Counted from the stretch's first letter, positions 45,401 through 56,473 are shown. The stretch is DNA of 64,000 nucleotides from Patescibacteria group bacterium (GCA_038063815.1 JBBTUJ010000003.1:12965-76964), one strand, 5' to 3'. A program made the numbers and translations. The notes: generated by a model from the sequence alone, not told the origin.

Positions 45401-47704
45401 ATGGAAACATCACGAACATACAAAATAAAAGGCATGCACTGTGCGTCATGTGCGGCAATTATCGAAAAAACATTCAAAAAAACAGATGGCGTGCATTCGG
45501 TGCAGGTCAACTACGGCACAGAGACGGCCAAGGTTGCATTTGACGAATCAAAAACAAATCCAACAGACCTTTCAAAAAAGATAGAGCCACTTGGCTATTC
45601 TCTGCATCTGCCAGATGGCCCAAGCGCCAAGGATATGGGCATGTCCGAGGATGAGCACGCAGAACATCTAGGCCTTAATCAGTCAAAGAAAGAGAAACTT
45701 GCTGAGGTTGCTGATATGAAGGCAAAGGTATTATCTGCAATCCCGCTTACGATAGTCGCCGCCCTTGTTATGGGTTGGGATATTCTCTCTCAATACGGAG
45801 CAGTATCGGGAATGAGTTACGTGGTTAAAGAATTTTTCCATCACATCCTTCCACTGATGGCCACATACACTCTTTTTGTAGTCGGCAAGCCATATCTCCT
45901 TGGTTTTTACCGATTCCTTCGATATGGAAAGGCAAACATGGACACACTCATTGGTATTGGAACAGTCGCAGCTTTCCTATACAGTTTTGCCGTTACGGCT
46001 TTTGAAGAAGTACTTAAACCTTTCATAAACGTTGAGTACCAATACTATGACGTTACGATTGTGGTAATTACTTTCATTGCACTTGGAAAATACCTTGAAG
46101 CACGTTCAAAAATAAAGACGGGTGACGCGATAGAAAAACTTCTTAATCTGCAGGCAAAGACAGCGCTCGTTGTTCGTGATGGAAAAGAAATAGAGATTCC
46201 TGTTACTGATGTGAAGCATGGCGACCTTGTTATCGTAAAACCGGGGGCAAAGATTCCCGTTGACGGAACAGTCACCGAAGGCGTGTCGTTTGTTGACGAA
46301 TCTATGGTGACAGGTGAACCCATGCCAGCTCAAAAAAAAGTGGGCGACAGTGTTGTTGCTGGAACGATTAACACAACTGGCTCGTTTATATTTACAGCGA
46401 CAAAGATTGGCTCGGAAACACTTCTCGCACACATTATTCATATGGTTGAAGAAGCGCAGGGAAGCAAGGCGCCCATTCAAGCCCTTGCGGACAAAATATC
46501 GTCCGTCTTTGTGCCAATCGTGTTAGTTCTTGCGTTTGTAACGCTTGGCGCGTGGCTGGTGTTTGGCACACAATACCTCGGTTTTTCACAAGCGCTTTCG
46601 TTTGGCCTCGTGTCATTTGTTGGAATCTTGGTAATCGCATGTCCGTGCGCGCTTGGGCTTGCGACACCAACAGCAATTATTGTGGGTGTCGGAAAGGGCG
46701 CAAAAGAGGGAATCCTCATCAAAGATGCGGCAACACTCGAGAAGCTTCACAAGGTAGACACGGTTATCGTCGACAAGACGGGAACAATTACAATCGGCAA
46801 GCCAACCCTCGTTGATATTCAAAATTTTTCAAAGCAATCAGACAACGAACTTGTATCAATTCTCGCATCACTTGAGAAAAAGTCGGAGCACCCCATTGCT
46901 CATGCAATTGTTTCGTACGCACAAGAGAAAAACATAAAAACAGAAGATGCCCTCAACTTCGAGGGTATCCAAGGCAAGGGAGTTACGGCGTCAATCGAGG
47001 GCACTGTGTACTATGCGGGGAATGTGGACCTCATCAAGGGTCTTGGTGTGTCATTTGATGCCTCAAAAATTGAACAGTTCACCGCGCAAGGAAAAACGCC
47101 GGTTGTTCTTGCAACAAAAGAAAAGGTTCTCGGATTTGTCATGGTTGCCGATGAAATAAAACCAGAATCAAAACAGGCAATAGCAGATCTACACAAGCTT
47201 GGAATCAAGGTGGTGATGTTGACAGGGGATGACGAGAAGGCGGCAAAACACATGGCATCTCTTGTTGGCATTGATGATGTTGTCGCTCATGTGTTGCCAC
47301 AGGATAAACTGGCCAAGATCAAAGAGTTGCAATCACAAGGCAGAATCGTGGCAATGGCCGGCGACGGTGTCAACGATGCCCCCGCGCTTGCCCAAGCCGA
47401 TGTGGGTATCGCCATGGGAACGGGAACTGATGTGGCAATAGAGTCAGCTGGCATCACGCTTCTTGGTGGAGATATTTCAAAACTTGTAAAGGCAATCAAG
47501 CTCTCAAAAATGACCATGCGCGGGATAAAGCAAAATCTTTTCTGGGCGTTTATCTACAATATTGTTGGAATCCCACTTGCGGCGGGGGCTTTCTATCCAA
47601 TTTTTGGTTGGCTCTTGTCGCCGGTGTTTGCAGGATTAGCAATGGCACTGTCGTCGGTATCTGTGGTGTCAAACTCATTGCGGATTAAAACCAAAAAACT
47701 ATAA
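45401..47704 (+). CDS. copA: copper-translocating P1B-type ATPase
   Basis: N-terminal HMA 'MHCASCA', TM 'CPC', 'DKTGTIT', '[10 protein letters not shown]'. Confidence 0.95.
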   Translation: METSRTYKIKGMHCASCAAIIEKTFKKTDGVHSVQVNYGTETAKVAFDESKTNPTDLSKKIEPLGYSLHLPDGPSAKDMGMSEDEHAEHLGLNQSKKEKLAEVADMKAKVLSAIPLTIVAALVMGWDILSQYGAVSGMSYVVKEFFHHILPLMATYTLFVVGKPYLLGFYRFLRYGKANMDTLIGIGTVAAFLYSFAVTAFEEVLKPFINVEYQYYDVTIVVITFIALGKYLEARSKIKTGDAIEKLLNLQAKTALVVRDGKEIEIPVTDVKHGDLVIVKPGAKIPVDGTVTEGVSFVDESMVTGEPMPAQKKVGDSVVAGTINTTGSFIFTATKIGSETLLAHIIHMVEEAQGSKAPIQALADKISSVFVPIVLVLAFVTLGAWLVFGTQYLGFSQALSFGLVSFVGILVIACPCALGLATPTAIIVGVGKGAKEGILIKDAATLEKLHKVDTVIVDKTGTITIGKPTLVDIQNFSKQSDNELVSILASLEKKSEHPIAHAIVSYAQEKNIKTEDALNFEGIQGKGVTASIEGTVYYAGNVDLIKGLGVSFDASKIEQFTAQGKTPVVLATKEKVLGFVMVADEIKPESKQAIADLHKLGIKVVMLTGDDEKAAKHMASLVGIDDVVAHVLPQDKLAKIKELQSQGRIVAMAGDGVNDAPALAQADVGIAMGTGTDVAIESAGITLLGGDISKLVKAIKLSKMTMRGIKQNLFWAFIYNIVGIPLAAGAFYPIFGWLLSPVFAGLAMALSSVSVVSNSLRIKTKKL

Positions 47705-47739
47705 ACAGGCGCGCTTATTAAAAGTAGTAACTAACAAAT

Positions 47740-48360
47740 ATGACAAATAACAATAATACGGTCTGGCTCGTTTTGGGGGGAATTATAATTGGCCTACTTC
47801 TTGCGCCGTGGCTCATTCCCATGATGGGGTTCGGTTCAATGATGGGGCGGAGAACTAACACAGCATTAAGTCCTCGAACGACAAGCGCCAACTTAATTGA
47901 CCAACATTTTATTGAACAAATGATACCGCATCACGATGGGGCAATTGCTATGGCAAATCTCGCACTTACGAAGGCAACACACCCAGAAATTGAAACATTA
48001 GCGAAAGACATTCTTCTTGCTCAAACAAAAGAAAACTCAGAAATGCGCTTGTGGTATAGGGCGTGGTTTGGTGTAGACGTATCCGTGGACAGTTCCGCCA
48101 TGATGGGTGGCATGATGTCGCAGGGTGGAATGCATATGGGCGGGTTAGAGGACGTAACCACTCTCGACAGCGCAACGGACTTTGACAAAGAGTTTATTGA
48201 ACAGATGATTCCACATCATCAGATGGCTATTATGATGGCGCGAATGCTTGAGTCGGGAACCGATCGCCCAGAAATGTTGGAACTTGCCAAAAACATAATC
48301 GAGTCACAATCACAGGAGATTCAAAAAATGCAGGGTTGGTATCAAGAATGGTATCAATAG
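47740..48360 (+). CDS. DUF305-domain protein (copper-resistance associated)
   Basis: duplicated 'FIEQMIPHH(D/Q)(G/M)AI(A/M)MA' DUF305 motif; N-terminal TM. Confidence 0.8.
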   Translation: MTNNNNTVWLVLGGIIIGLLLAPWLIPMMGFGSMMGRRTNTALSPRTTSANLIDQHFIEQMIPHHDGAIAMANLALTKATHPEIETLAKDILLAQTKENSEMRLWYRAWFGVDVSVDSSAMMGGMMSQGGMHMGGLEDVTTLDSATDFDKEFIEQMIPHHQMAIMMARMLESGTDRPEMLELAKNIIESQSQEIQKMQGWYQEWYQ

Positions 48361-48408
48361 CAAAGAAAAAGGACTTGGCTGATGTGTTAATAAATTTATT
48401 AAAATTAT

Positions 48409-48675
48409 ATGGAAAAACTCTCCCTTAAATCATACGTCTGGAAATGTGTGCTCGGTAGCGAGGTGGTCTATATCCTCTGTCTTCTGGGCGGGTATATTCC
48501 GTGGCGATCAGCGGTGGTGATCGAATTGCACCATCGTCTATTTGAGACGCTCCCGGGTTTTGTGTGGGGTAACTTTGGCAGTGTCATCCTTGGCGCGGTG
48601 TACGTGTTTGTCTTTGCCTGGATATTCGGTAGTTACATGGTCTGGATGTACAACTCAAGTTTGGTGAACAAATAA
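48409..48675 (+). CDS. small integral membrane protein (metal-island associated)
   Basis: 88 aa, 2-3 TM. Confidence 0.45.
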   Translation: MEKLSLKSYVWKCVLGSEVVYILCLLGGYIPWRSAVVIELHHRLFETLPGFVWGNFGSVILGAVYVFVFAWIFGSYMVWMYNSSLVNK

Positions 48676-48689
48676 TAATAAAAGATTTT

Positions 48690-48797
48690 ATGAATAACCA
48701 CGACAATAACGGTCATGATTCAAAAATGATGTGGATGATGGTGCTTTGCTGTTTACTCCCCGTCGTAATCCTCATTGTACTCGCCATTAGCAAGTGA
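48690..48797 (+). CDS. 35-aa His-rich N-terminus + Cys-Cys TM peptide (putative metal-binding small protein)
   Basis: hand-translated MNNHDNNGHDSKMMWMMVLCCLLPVVILIVLAISK; not in the ORF track. Confidence 0.35.
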   Translation: MNNHDNNGHDSKMMWMMVLCCLLPVVILIVLAISK

Positions 48798-48869
48798 TCT
48801 CGTGCAGTATGCAAACAACAACTTTTTTCCAATGAAATCTCCGCTTAAAAAAGCATCACTGTCCTTGTT

Positions 48870-49238
48870 TTGGTGTCATTTATGGCGTTGGCGCTCTTGA
48901 GCTTGACCGCGATGTTGCATGAGTCGGATGGAGGAATGTCGGGCGATTGCCCATTTTCGCCGATGGGCGCGACGTTGTGCCCGCAAGACAGTCTTGCGGA
49001 ACTTGCACACCATATTTCCGCATACCGCATGTTCTTCAACGTGCCAGTGGGCATCGGTTTTACAATTATTGCGTTATTGTTTGCGCTCACCGTACTCCTC
49101 CTTGTTTTCATAGCATCACCGCCACTGCAGCAACCGGTGTTCGTCCGTAGCGACCACGGTGCGCCGCCACTCGATTCCTACCAGAGAAGGATCATTGACT
49201 GGCTCGCACTCTTTGAGAACAGCCCCTCCCACGCATAA
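48870..49238 (+). CDS. hypothetical membrane protein
   Basis: 'VGIGFTIIALLFALTVLLLVFIA' TM; overlaps a minus-strand ORF of similar length, so the strand call is uncertain. Confidence 0.3.
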   Translation: MVSFMALALLSLTAMLHESDGGMSGDCPFSPMGATLCPQDSLAELAHHISAYRMFFNVPVGIGFTIIALLFALTVLLLVFIASPPLQQPVFVRSDHGAPPLDSYQRRIIDWLALFENSPSHA

Positions 49239-49333
49239 CGGCCTCCGTAAGCATTCGCTTCCGGGGTGCCGCGCTCGCACGTTTGTTGCGGGTTTTTTTA
49301 TTGTGCAGCCTTACTCGACTCAATCAATAACCT

Positions 49334-49852
49334 ATGAAATCACAAACCATTATCACGATGTTTGCTACACTCGCCCTCGTTGTCGGCCTGTTCGCGTGGG
49401 GATACGCCAACCGCGGAAACCCTGCCACATCAGCTGAAGCGACCGGAGGACGGAGCGGCATCGCAGGTTCACTGGCCATATCGGAGACTTTCTACGACTT
49501 CGGTACGATCTCGATGCGGGATGGCAACGTAACGCGCGAGTTCACCATTACCAATCCTACCCCCGAGGATGTCCTTCTCTCGTCGCTCATCACCTCATGT
49601 ATGTGCACGACTTCGTTCATCGTTACGCCTGACGGCGCTGTGCGAGGTCCGTTCGGCATGCCCGGACACGGCAGAAGCGTGCCTCCGGCGAACGAGACAA
49701 TCAAAGCGGGAGAGAGCCGCATCGTCCGTGTCGTCTTTGATCCAAACGCGCACGGTCCCGCGGGTGTCGGCCGTATCGAGCGTGTTGTCACGATGACCGA
49801 GGCAACAGGAGCAACGGTGACATTCGGTTTCAAAGCGCTCGTAACACCCTAA
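49334..49852 (+). CDS. DUF1573-domain secreted protein
   Basis: 'YDFGTISMRDGNVTREFTITNPTPEDVLLSSLITSCMCTTS' matches the DUF1573 core (DFG...SCGCT). Confidence 0.6.
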   Translation: MKSQTIITMFATLALVVGLFAWGYANRGNPATSAEATGGRSGIAGSLAISETFYDFGTISMRDGNVTREFTITNPTPEDVLLSSLITSCMCTTSFIVTPDGAVRGPFGMPGHGRSVPPANETIKAGESRIVRVVFDPNAHGPAGVGRIERVVTMTEATGATVTFGFKALVTP

Positions 49853-49854
49853 TC

Positions 49855-50634
49855 ATGAAACGACTCATCATTATCGTCTCAGCACTCGTGCTAGCACTGC
49901 TTGGCCTGGTCGCGCTCAAGTTCACGCCAGGATTCGCCGACATGCTCTGGAACGCAAGCAATGGAGGCGTGTGGCTTCTGCCACTCGTCGTCTTCTCGGC
50001 GCTTCTCGACAGTGTCCACCCGTGCAGCTTCTCGATCCTCTTGATCACAATCGCGTTCCTGTTTGGTATCCAAGTGTCACGGAAGAAAATCTTGCAGATT
50101 GGCGGCATCTATATCGCGGGGATATTCGCGGCGTACTTTGCAATCGGCATCGGGCTCCTCAAGGTGCTCCATGTCTTCAACGTGCCGCACTTCATGGGCA
50201 AGCTCGGCGCGGGAATGCTCATCCTCTTCGGCGTCTTGAATCTCTTAGGCGCGCTCTTCCCGAAGTTTCCGATCAAGCTCCGGATTCCGAAGGCGGCGCA
50301 TGCATCCATGACAAAACTCATGGGCGTCGCATCGATGCCAGCGGCATTCGCGCTCGGATTGCTCGTTGGTTTGTGTCAGTTCCCGTGTATGGGCGGCCCG
50401 TACCTCATGGTCGTCGGGCTTCTGCATGACACAGGAACATATACATCGGGATTCGGCTACCTCCTGATGTACAACCTCATCCTCATCGCACCACTTGTCG
50501 CGACTCTGACCGTCGCCGCGAACCCGGCGCTCGTCGATAAGGTGCAGGAATGGAAGACGACACAGATGAAGAGCGTACATCTATGGGCCGGCATCGCGAT
50601 GATCATTATCGGCGTCCTCATCTTCTTTATTTGA
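49855..50634 (+). CDS. ccdA: cytochrome c biogenesis / thiol-disulfide transporter CcdA (DsbD-family TM protein)
   Basis: conserved Cys pairs in TM segments 'HPCSFSIL' and 'LCQFPCMGGPY'; 6-TM. Confidence 0.7.
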   Translation: MKRLIIIVSALVLALLGLVALKFTPGFADMLWNASNGGVWLLPLVVFSALLDSVHPCSFSILLITIAFLFGIQVSRKKILQIGGIYIAGIFAAYFAIGIGLLKVLHVFNVPHFMGKLGAGMLILFGVLNLLGALFPKFPIKLRIPKAAHASMTKLMGVASMPAAFALGLLVGLCQFPCMGGPYLMVVGLLHDTGTYTSGFGYLLMYNLILIAPLVATLTVAANPALVDKVQEWKTTQMKSVHLWAGIAMIIIGVLIFFI

Positions 50635-50635
50635 T

Positions 50636-51022
50636 ATGACGTTGCTTAAAAAGATCTGTCCGATCTGCGCGCTCGTCTCGCTCACCTGGATGACGATGCT
50701 CACGTTCAAGGGGCTTGGGTACGATATTGATGACGCGCTACTTGCCATGCTCATGGGGGGCAGTGTCGTCGGCATTTCGTACGTGCTCGGTGCGCGCACG
50801 AACCTTACTTCAAGGGTGGCGTTGATGTATTGGAAGCTCGTCGCGATCCCCACTGGGTTTGCTGTGATGTACGCGCTTCTGCAATTCGCGTGGGGTTATT
50901 TCGCGGGTGCGCTTGTCGCATACAGTGTCGCGTGGTGGCTTTTCAAAAGTGCGTCAACGGCACCACGTCGCTCTCTCTATATGGAAGGCATTACAAAAGA
51001 ACTCAATAATTGTTGTGAATAA
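50636..51022 (+). CDS. membrane protein with N-terminal CPxC motif
   Basis: 'KKICPICALVSL' in the first TM; 128 aa. Confidence 0.4.
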   Translation: MTLLKKICPICALVSLTWMTMLTFKGLGYDIDDALLAMLMGGSVVGISYVLGARTNLTSRVALMYWKLVAIPTGFAVMYALLQFAWGYFAGALVAYSVAWWLFKSASTAPRRSLYMEGITKELNNCCE

Positions 51023-51026
51023 ATCT

Positions 51027-51962
51027 ATGGAAAATCAAATTGTCACTTCGCATGACGCTCGTATGAGCGAAACAGCAAAAAAAGAAAGCCCGTATATCCT
51101 GCCTGCGGCGATTATTGTCGCGGCGGTCATGATCTCGGGGGCGTGGCTCTATAAAACACAAAACCCCACAATTGCCAATCAGAGTGATACCGAAGATACA
51201 GTAAATGCCCTTGTCGACAAGGTACTTCCCGTCGCAGGGGTTGAGCTCCCGGTTTCGTGGGGTGATCTTGGCACACAGATGGTACGCGCGGGCGTGATCG
51301 ATGGTGAGCGGTTTATGGCGCTCTATCGAGAGCGGGGCGCATTCACCGAGGAACTCAAGAGTATGTTGTTTGAAAGCAACAACGGCACGGTTACTATCAC
51401 ACGTGAGAACGCTGACTATCTCCTCAACCTCTTCTGGGCATTGGGTCTTGCAAGCAAGAATACGATTCTTGATACGGGAGAGATGATGACGGCAACAAAT
51501 GGTAATGCGGGCGGCATGGCATCAACCGGAGGATGGACGATGGCCGTGGGCGATGTGATGGATCACTATAGTGCGCACGTGTTCTTCGATTTAACACCAG
51601 AACAACAATCGTTGGTGGATAAAGTGTCGCGCGGTATTTATCGCCCATGTTGTGGCAACTCCACACACTTCCCAGACTGCAACCACGGCATGGCGATGCT
51701 CGGGCTTCTTGAGCTAATGGCATCGCAAGGGATTGGTGAAGAAGAAATGTATAAAGCCGCACTCGCCGTCAATTCGTATTGGTTTCCAGACACATACATT
51801 ACAATTGCAACGTACATGAAAAATAAAGGCATCGCGTGGTCGGATGTTTCTCCTTCAGAGGTGCTTGGCGCACAGTATTCCAGCGGCTCCGGTTTTGAGA
51901 AGATCAAGTCGCAAGTTACACAACCACAACAACAGCAAGGTGGAGGGGGATGTAGTGTGTAA
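51027..51962 (+). CDS. membrane-anchored hypothetical protein with C-terminal Cys cluster
   Basis: ATG at 51027; TM 'ILPAAIIVAAVMISGAWL'; 'RPCCGNSTHFPDCNHGMAM' possible metal site. Confidence 0.45.
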   Translation: MENQIVTSHDARMSETAKKESPYILPAAIIVAAVMISGAWLYKTQNPTIANQSDTEDTVNALVDKVLPVAGVELPVSWGDLGTQMVRAGVIDGERFMALYRERGAFTEELKSMLFESNNGTVTITRENADYLLNLFWALGLASKNTILDTGEMMTATNGNAGGMASTGGWTMAVGDVMDHYSAHVFFDLTPEQQSLVDKVSRGIYRPCCGNSTHFPDCNHGMAMLGLLELMASQGIGEEEMYKAALAVNSYWFPDTYITIATYMKNKGIAWSDVSPSEVLGAQYSSGSGFEKIKSQVTQPQQQQGGGGCSV

Positions 51963-52140
51963 CTGATTGTCGAAAAGTAATCTCGGTGGTACCACCCAAG
52001 TTGGAACAAAGCATTATGGAGGTATAACTCCCCGGTGTCTTTGATGTGAGGTATAATCCACGCATGAAAGATATAAAGAAACTCTTGGATATCAAGGTGA
52101 TGCCGTGTGGGACAGGATTAAAGGCCTAAATAGCATCCCT

Positions 52141-53190
52141 ATGTTTGAAAAACCAAGGCCATCTGATTCTAAAGAGCACCATACTCTAAAACGTTTTCTG
52201 CGCGTTGTTTTTGTGGCCAACATGTTGTTTCTCGGTTCTGAAGCGGCCTTGGCGCATGGACCAAAAAAACCAGTCAGGAGAGCAAAACCAGTTGCGGAAG
52301 CAATTGTACGACAAGAAACACCCCAAACCATTCTTGCGCCGATTCTCGACAATATTACTGCGCAAGAAACGATAGAGAATGTTGTCACTCTAATTGAGAA
52401 TCCCCAAGCAAAAGTCGCCATCCAAGAAGCCGTTGATGAGGTCATGGCTCAACATCCAAATATGATTGTTGTCGCAGAAGCGAAACCGGTCGGGCAAGAT
52501 CTTCAAGAGAATAATGCTGAAGACGCGGAAGAAGAGGTTGGCGTACACGAAGGCCCATTTTGGGAACGGCATCACATTGAAGGAGTAGATGCCAACGGAG
52601 GCATTATCATCAAGCTCGATGATCTGGCTGGATGGCACGCAAGCATACCACTGGGTGAAGAAGGCGAACTTACAATCGGCGGGGGAAATACAGACGATGA
52701 TATCCACATCGAGACAGGATTTGAAGTTGGAAAGCCAATTGTTCTTGGTATGCGGCCAGGTGCACGGGTGGTGTTCTCTCAGAAAGGAAAAGCGCAGTTT
52801 GCTCTTACTCTCAGCGGATCAACAAAAGGTGGACTGTATGTGCGAGGCGGAATGAACGTGGGTAAAATTGGGGGTCACGATGAGGGAGAAGTAGGACACA
52901 CCTTACACGTCGCAGAGGGACATGAGGAGGAAAAGGATATAAAGGACACACATGAGGGAGAGGCCCACGAAGAAGGGGGGCGTCAATCTTTGACTGAAAT
53001 GGTAAGTATTGAACTAGAGAAAGTCGGCGATCGTTTTTCGATTGCTGGAGGATTGGATCATGGGGGCCTCTACGTAATCCCACGTCTTACGATACGCAGT
53101 GACGGCAAGGTGCAGGTTCGTGTGGAAGGGGTCGCACGCGCAGGGGCGCACGGTAAGAGCGCGGCGGCAGCATTGCGGATTTCTTTCTAA
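52141..53190 (+). CDS. secreted His/Glu-rich protein (possible metal-binding)
   Basis: signal 'RVVFVANMLFLGSEAALAHG'; C-terminal 'GHDEGEVGHTLHVAEGHEEEKDIKDTHEGEAHEEGG'. Confidence 0.45.
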   Translation: MFEKPRPSDSKEHHTLKRFLRVVFVANMLFLGSEAALAHGPKKPVRRAKPVAEAIVRQETPQTILAPILDNITAQETIENVVTLIENPQAKVAIQEAVDEVMAQHPNMIVVAEAKPVGQDLQENNAEDAEEEVGVHEGPFWERHHIEGVDANGGIIIKLDDLAGWHASIPLGEEGELTIGGGNTDDDIHIETGFEVGKPIVLGMRPGARVVFSQKGKAQFALTLSGSTKGGLYVRGGMNVGKIGGHDEGEVGHTLHVAEGHEEEKDIKDTHEGEAHEEGGRQSLTEMVSIELEKVGDRFSIAGGLDHGGLYVIPRLTIRSDGKVQVRVEGVARAGAHGKSAAAALRISF

Positions 53191-53275
53191 CTCAACCTCA
53201 ACCAAATGTAGAAGGGATAATCTGTCACGAGATAGAAGACCCTAATGGGGGCATTATGTGGTAAAATGACGAACC

Positions 53276-54310
53276 GTGACAGATTTAAATCAAAAAAAGT
53301 ACACCTTTCACGTTCACGGCATGCACTGCAATGCGTGCGTGCTTATGACAGAAAGCGAATTGAATGATTTGCCAAACGTGGTATCTGCACGCTCAAATCT
53401 CGCACGGCACTCTGTCGAGGTGGTGGGGGACTTTGGCGACAAAACACCAGAACAAATCGCCGAAGAGCTCACTGTGCCACTCAAGTCACACGGCTACACG
53501 GTGTCTGTTGAAAAGCAAAAGCACACAGCCATGTGGAGCGATTTTAAAATTGCGATTCCGATAGCACTCGGATTTGCAATACTTTTCATTCTCTTACAAA
53601 AAATGGGAATTGTGAATCTTATTTCTTCTGGCAATGTCACGTATGGCACGGCGTTTGTAATCGGAATTATTGCGTCGCTCTCAACATGTATGGCGGTTGT
53701 TGGTGGGCTTGTTCTCTCGATGTCTGCCACGTTTGCAAAAGAAGGAGACAAAATACGACCACAGCTGATGTTTCATGGTGGACGCATCGTTTCGTTCTTT
53801 GTGCTCGGTGGCGTTATTGGCGCGCTCGGGTCTACTTTTACACTGGGCACCACAGCCACATTTGTCCTCGGTCTCATTATTGCCATCGTGATGCTTATTC
53901 TTGGCATCAACCTTCTTGATGTTTTTCCGTGGGCAAAAAAATTGCAACCCTCGATGCCACAGTTTATTGCAAAGCATGCTCACGGCGTATCAAAACTCAA
54001 CCATACTCTGACACCGCTTCTTGTTGGTATCGCGACGTTCTTCTTGCCATGTGGATTTACGCAATCGATGCAACTGTATACACTGACAACGGGAGGATTT
54101 TTCGCAGGCGGACTCACGATGCTTGCCTTTGCGCTCGGCACATTGCCAGTCCTTGCGCTTATTAGTTTTAGCTCATTCAGTATTAAAAACAGCTCAAAGG
54201 CAGGCATCTTTTTCAAGTCAGCCGGACTTATTGTGATTATGTTTGCGCTGTTCAACTTCATCAACGGGCTTGTTATCATTGGTTTGATTCCACCGATTTT
54301 TAATTTCTAA
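53276..54310 (+). CDS. HMA-domain fused to polytopic membrane permease (DsbD_2/TauE-like; putative metal transporter)
   Basis: N-terminal 'HVHGMHCNACV' heavy-metal-associated motif followed by about 8 TM helices. Confidence 0.6.
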   Translation: MTDLNQKKYTFHVHGMHCNACVLMTESELNDLPNVVSARSNLARHSVEVVGDFGDKTPEQIAEELTVPLKSHGYTVSVEKQKHTAMWSDFKIAIPIALGFAILFILLQKMGIVNLISSGNVTYGTAFVIGIIASLSTCMAVVGGLVLSMSATFAKEGDKIRPQLMFHGGRIVSFFVLGGVIGALGSTFTLGTTATFVLGLIIAIVMLILGINLLDVFPWAKKLQPSMPQFIAKHAHGVSKLNHTLTPLLVGIATFFLPCGFTQSMQLYTLTTGGFFAGGLTMLAFALGTLPVLALISFSSFSIKNSSKAGIFFKSAGLIVIMFALFNFINGLVIIGLIPPIFNF

Positions 54311-54322
54311 TTTGATCGTTCT

Positions 54323-54709
54323 ATGAAAGAAACGATAGCATCTACAATCATTGTTCTTGGAATAGTTGGGGCCGCCTTGGTCTTTACTCGCGGAGGGCGA
54401 GAGGTTGTGACCGATACCCCCATCAACAACACAACAATTGTTGATGGGGTGCAGATTGTAGACATAACAGCAAAGGGTGGATACCTTCCTCGGAAAAGTA
54501 TTGCGAAGGCGGGCATACCGACAATCGCGCGGTTTTCTACGAGCGGGACGTTCGACTGTTCGTCAGCACTTCGTATTCCGAGTATGGATATAAGCAAGAA
54601 TCTGCCATCTTCTGGAGTCACCGATATTGATCTGGGTATTCCAGAATTGGGCACGCTCGAGGGTAGTTGTGGGATGGGAATGTATCCGTTTGAGATTGAG
54701 TTTCAATAG
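54323..54709 (+). CDS. small secreted protein with Cys/Met motif (possible cupredoxin-like copper binder)
   Basis: signal/TM 'IIVLGIVGAALVF'; 'CSSAL...SCGMGMYPFEIEF'. Confidence 0.35.
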   Translation: MKETIASTIIVLGIVGAALVFTRGGREVVTDTPINNTTIVDGVQIVDITAKGGYLPRKSIAKAGIPTIARFSTSGTFDCSSALRIPSMDISKNLPSSGVTDIDLGIPELGTLEGSCGMGMYPFEIEFQ

Positions 54710-54757
54710 ATGATCGAAGCGATAGACGAAGAGTCACGATTTTCATACACTGCAAGA

Positions 54758-55576
54758 ATGAAAATCGTTTCTTGGAACGTAAACGGCATCCGCTCTGTCT
54801 TCAAGACGACATTTCTTGAGTGGCTCAAAAAAGAAGACCCCGACATCGTTTGCCTCCAAGAAATAAAAGCAGACGCAAAAGAGCTCGATACAACATTTAG
54901 TGAGATCGATGGTTATTTCGCGTATTTCAATTCGGGAAGCAAAAAAGGACACTCTGGAGTTGCGATTTATACGAAGATAAAACCCGTCGAAGTAGAAATA
55001 CACCTCGGCATCGATCGCTTTGACGAAGAGGGTCGTTGTATCAAACTCACGTTTGACGATTTTATTTTGTTCAATTTCTATATACCGAACGGCGGACGGA
55101 TGAAAGAGAACATGGCGTACAAACTCGATCTTTACTCCAAACTCCTTCTGCTCTTTCGATCACTTGCCAACAAGCCAGTTATTCTTACGGGCGATTTCAA
55201 CATCGCGCACACGGAGATGGACCTGTGCTATCCGAAACAGAATCAAAACAATACGATGTTCACACCTGAGGAGAGAAAACAGATTACAACACTTCTCAAT
55301 CTTGGATACGTAGATGCTTTCCGTTACAAGTATCCCGAGAAAAAGTCCTACACGTGGTGGTCGTACATGTCGGACCTACGAGAACGCGATGTTGGTTGGA
55401 GGATTGACTACTTTTTTGTAACAGAGGCGCTCAAACTCCTCGTTCAAGACGTTTTTTCACAAAGAGAAGTTCTTGGTTCCGACCACGGTCCCCTTGTGAT
55501 GGTACTTAACAAAGATATTGTGATAAAAGAAAGGCCTGTCTATCTAAAAAAGGAAACGCAGCCAATCTTATTCTGA
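54758..55576 (+). CDS. xthA: exodeoxyribonuclease III (EEP family)
   Basis: 'MKIVSWNVNGIRS...DIVCLQEIK', 'SDHGP' C-terminus. Confidence 0.85.
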   Translation: MKIVSWNVNGIRSVFKTTFLEWLKKEDPDIVCLQEIKADAKELDTTFSEIDGYFAYFNSGSKKGHSGVAIYTKIKPVEVEIHLGIDRFDEEGRCIKLTFDDFILFNFYIPNGGRMKENMAYKLDLYSKLLLLFRSLANKPVILTGDFNIAHTEMDLCYPKQNQNNTMFTPEERKQITTLLNLGYVDAFRYKYPEKKSYTWWSYMSDLRERDVGWRIDYFFVTEALKLLVQDVFSQREVLGSDHGPLVMVLNKDIVIKERPVYLKKETQPILF

Positions 55577-55663
55577 GATACAATGATTAGCACCGCTGTC
55601 GCCGCTGCGGGGTAGAACCAGCCATCTCGATTGTTTGATATAGTGATGTAATAAAACTGTGGT

Positions 55664-56473
55664 GTGACAATTCTTTCTAAGAAAAACAAAAGTGTCGATG
55701 TTATTGTCATTCTTTGTTTGACTCTTGTTGGGTTTGGGCTTGCGTGGTTAGCACAGGGAACCTTATTAGGAAGGCCGCTTTTGTCATGGGGACTTTTTAT
55801 AGTACTGCCGGTAGTTGTGTACCTTTCTTTCAGGAAAAAGAAACCATTTGAGTACATTGCGATGGGTACGTTTGTTATCGGTTTTGTTTTTTCTCTCGTC
55901 CTTGAGACCTTGGCAGAATTTAATGGGGCGTGGCACGTGGCTGACACTGTGTTTTCCTACCGATTTCCTGGAGGGGCTTCTTTGGACGCAATTCTTGGAT
56001 ACGTCCTCATGACATTTCTTACGCTTGTTATATACGAACATTTTCTTGACCGTCCACATAGAGGAAGGGTCAAATTTGTGCCCCGAAGGCTTGCAATGGC
56101 CCTCGTCCCATCAACCCTTGTGGTAATGACCCTTTTTGTTTTAACAGAGATCGCCCCTGAAATCATTTCTGTTTCGTATCTTTACGCGATAGCTGGTCCG
56201 GCAGCAATTGTGTTTCCACTGATTGTTGGGTTTAGAGAACCGACCTTGTATTCAAGGATGGTCAAGATCATGCCATATTTCTTTTTTATTTATCTCGTTT
56301 CTGAATACTTCGCAGTAACATTTTCTTGGTGGACATATCCAAGTGGAGAATATATAGGATATGTTTCTCTCGCCGGCGTGTCGTTTCCTATAGAGGAACT
56401 GCTTTTTTGGATGTTATTCTACGCGGCTTCTATTGTTGTCTATTACGAAGAATATATTGATGATGACAAGTAA
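55664..56473 (+). CDS. lycopene-cyclase-domain (CrtYcd-like) integral membrane protein
   Basis: multi-TM; 'FPIEELLFW' matches the conserved PxEE motif of the lycopene cyclase domain family. Confidence 0.45.
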   Translation: MTILSKKNKSVDVIVILCLTLVGFGLAWLAQGTLLGRPLLSWGLFIVLPVVVYLSFRKKKPFEYIAMGTFVIGFVFSLVLETLAEFNGAWHVADTVFSYRFPGGASLDAILGYVLMTFLTLVIYEHFLDRPHRGRVKFVPRRLAMALVPSTLVVMTLFVLTEIAPEIISVSYLYAIAGPAAIVFPLIVGFREPTLYSRMVKIMPYFFFIYLVSEYFAVTFSWWTYPSGEYIGYVSLAGVSFPIEELLFWMLFYAASIVVYYEEYIDDDK

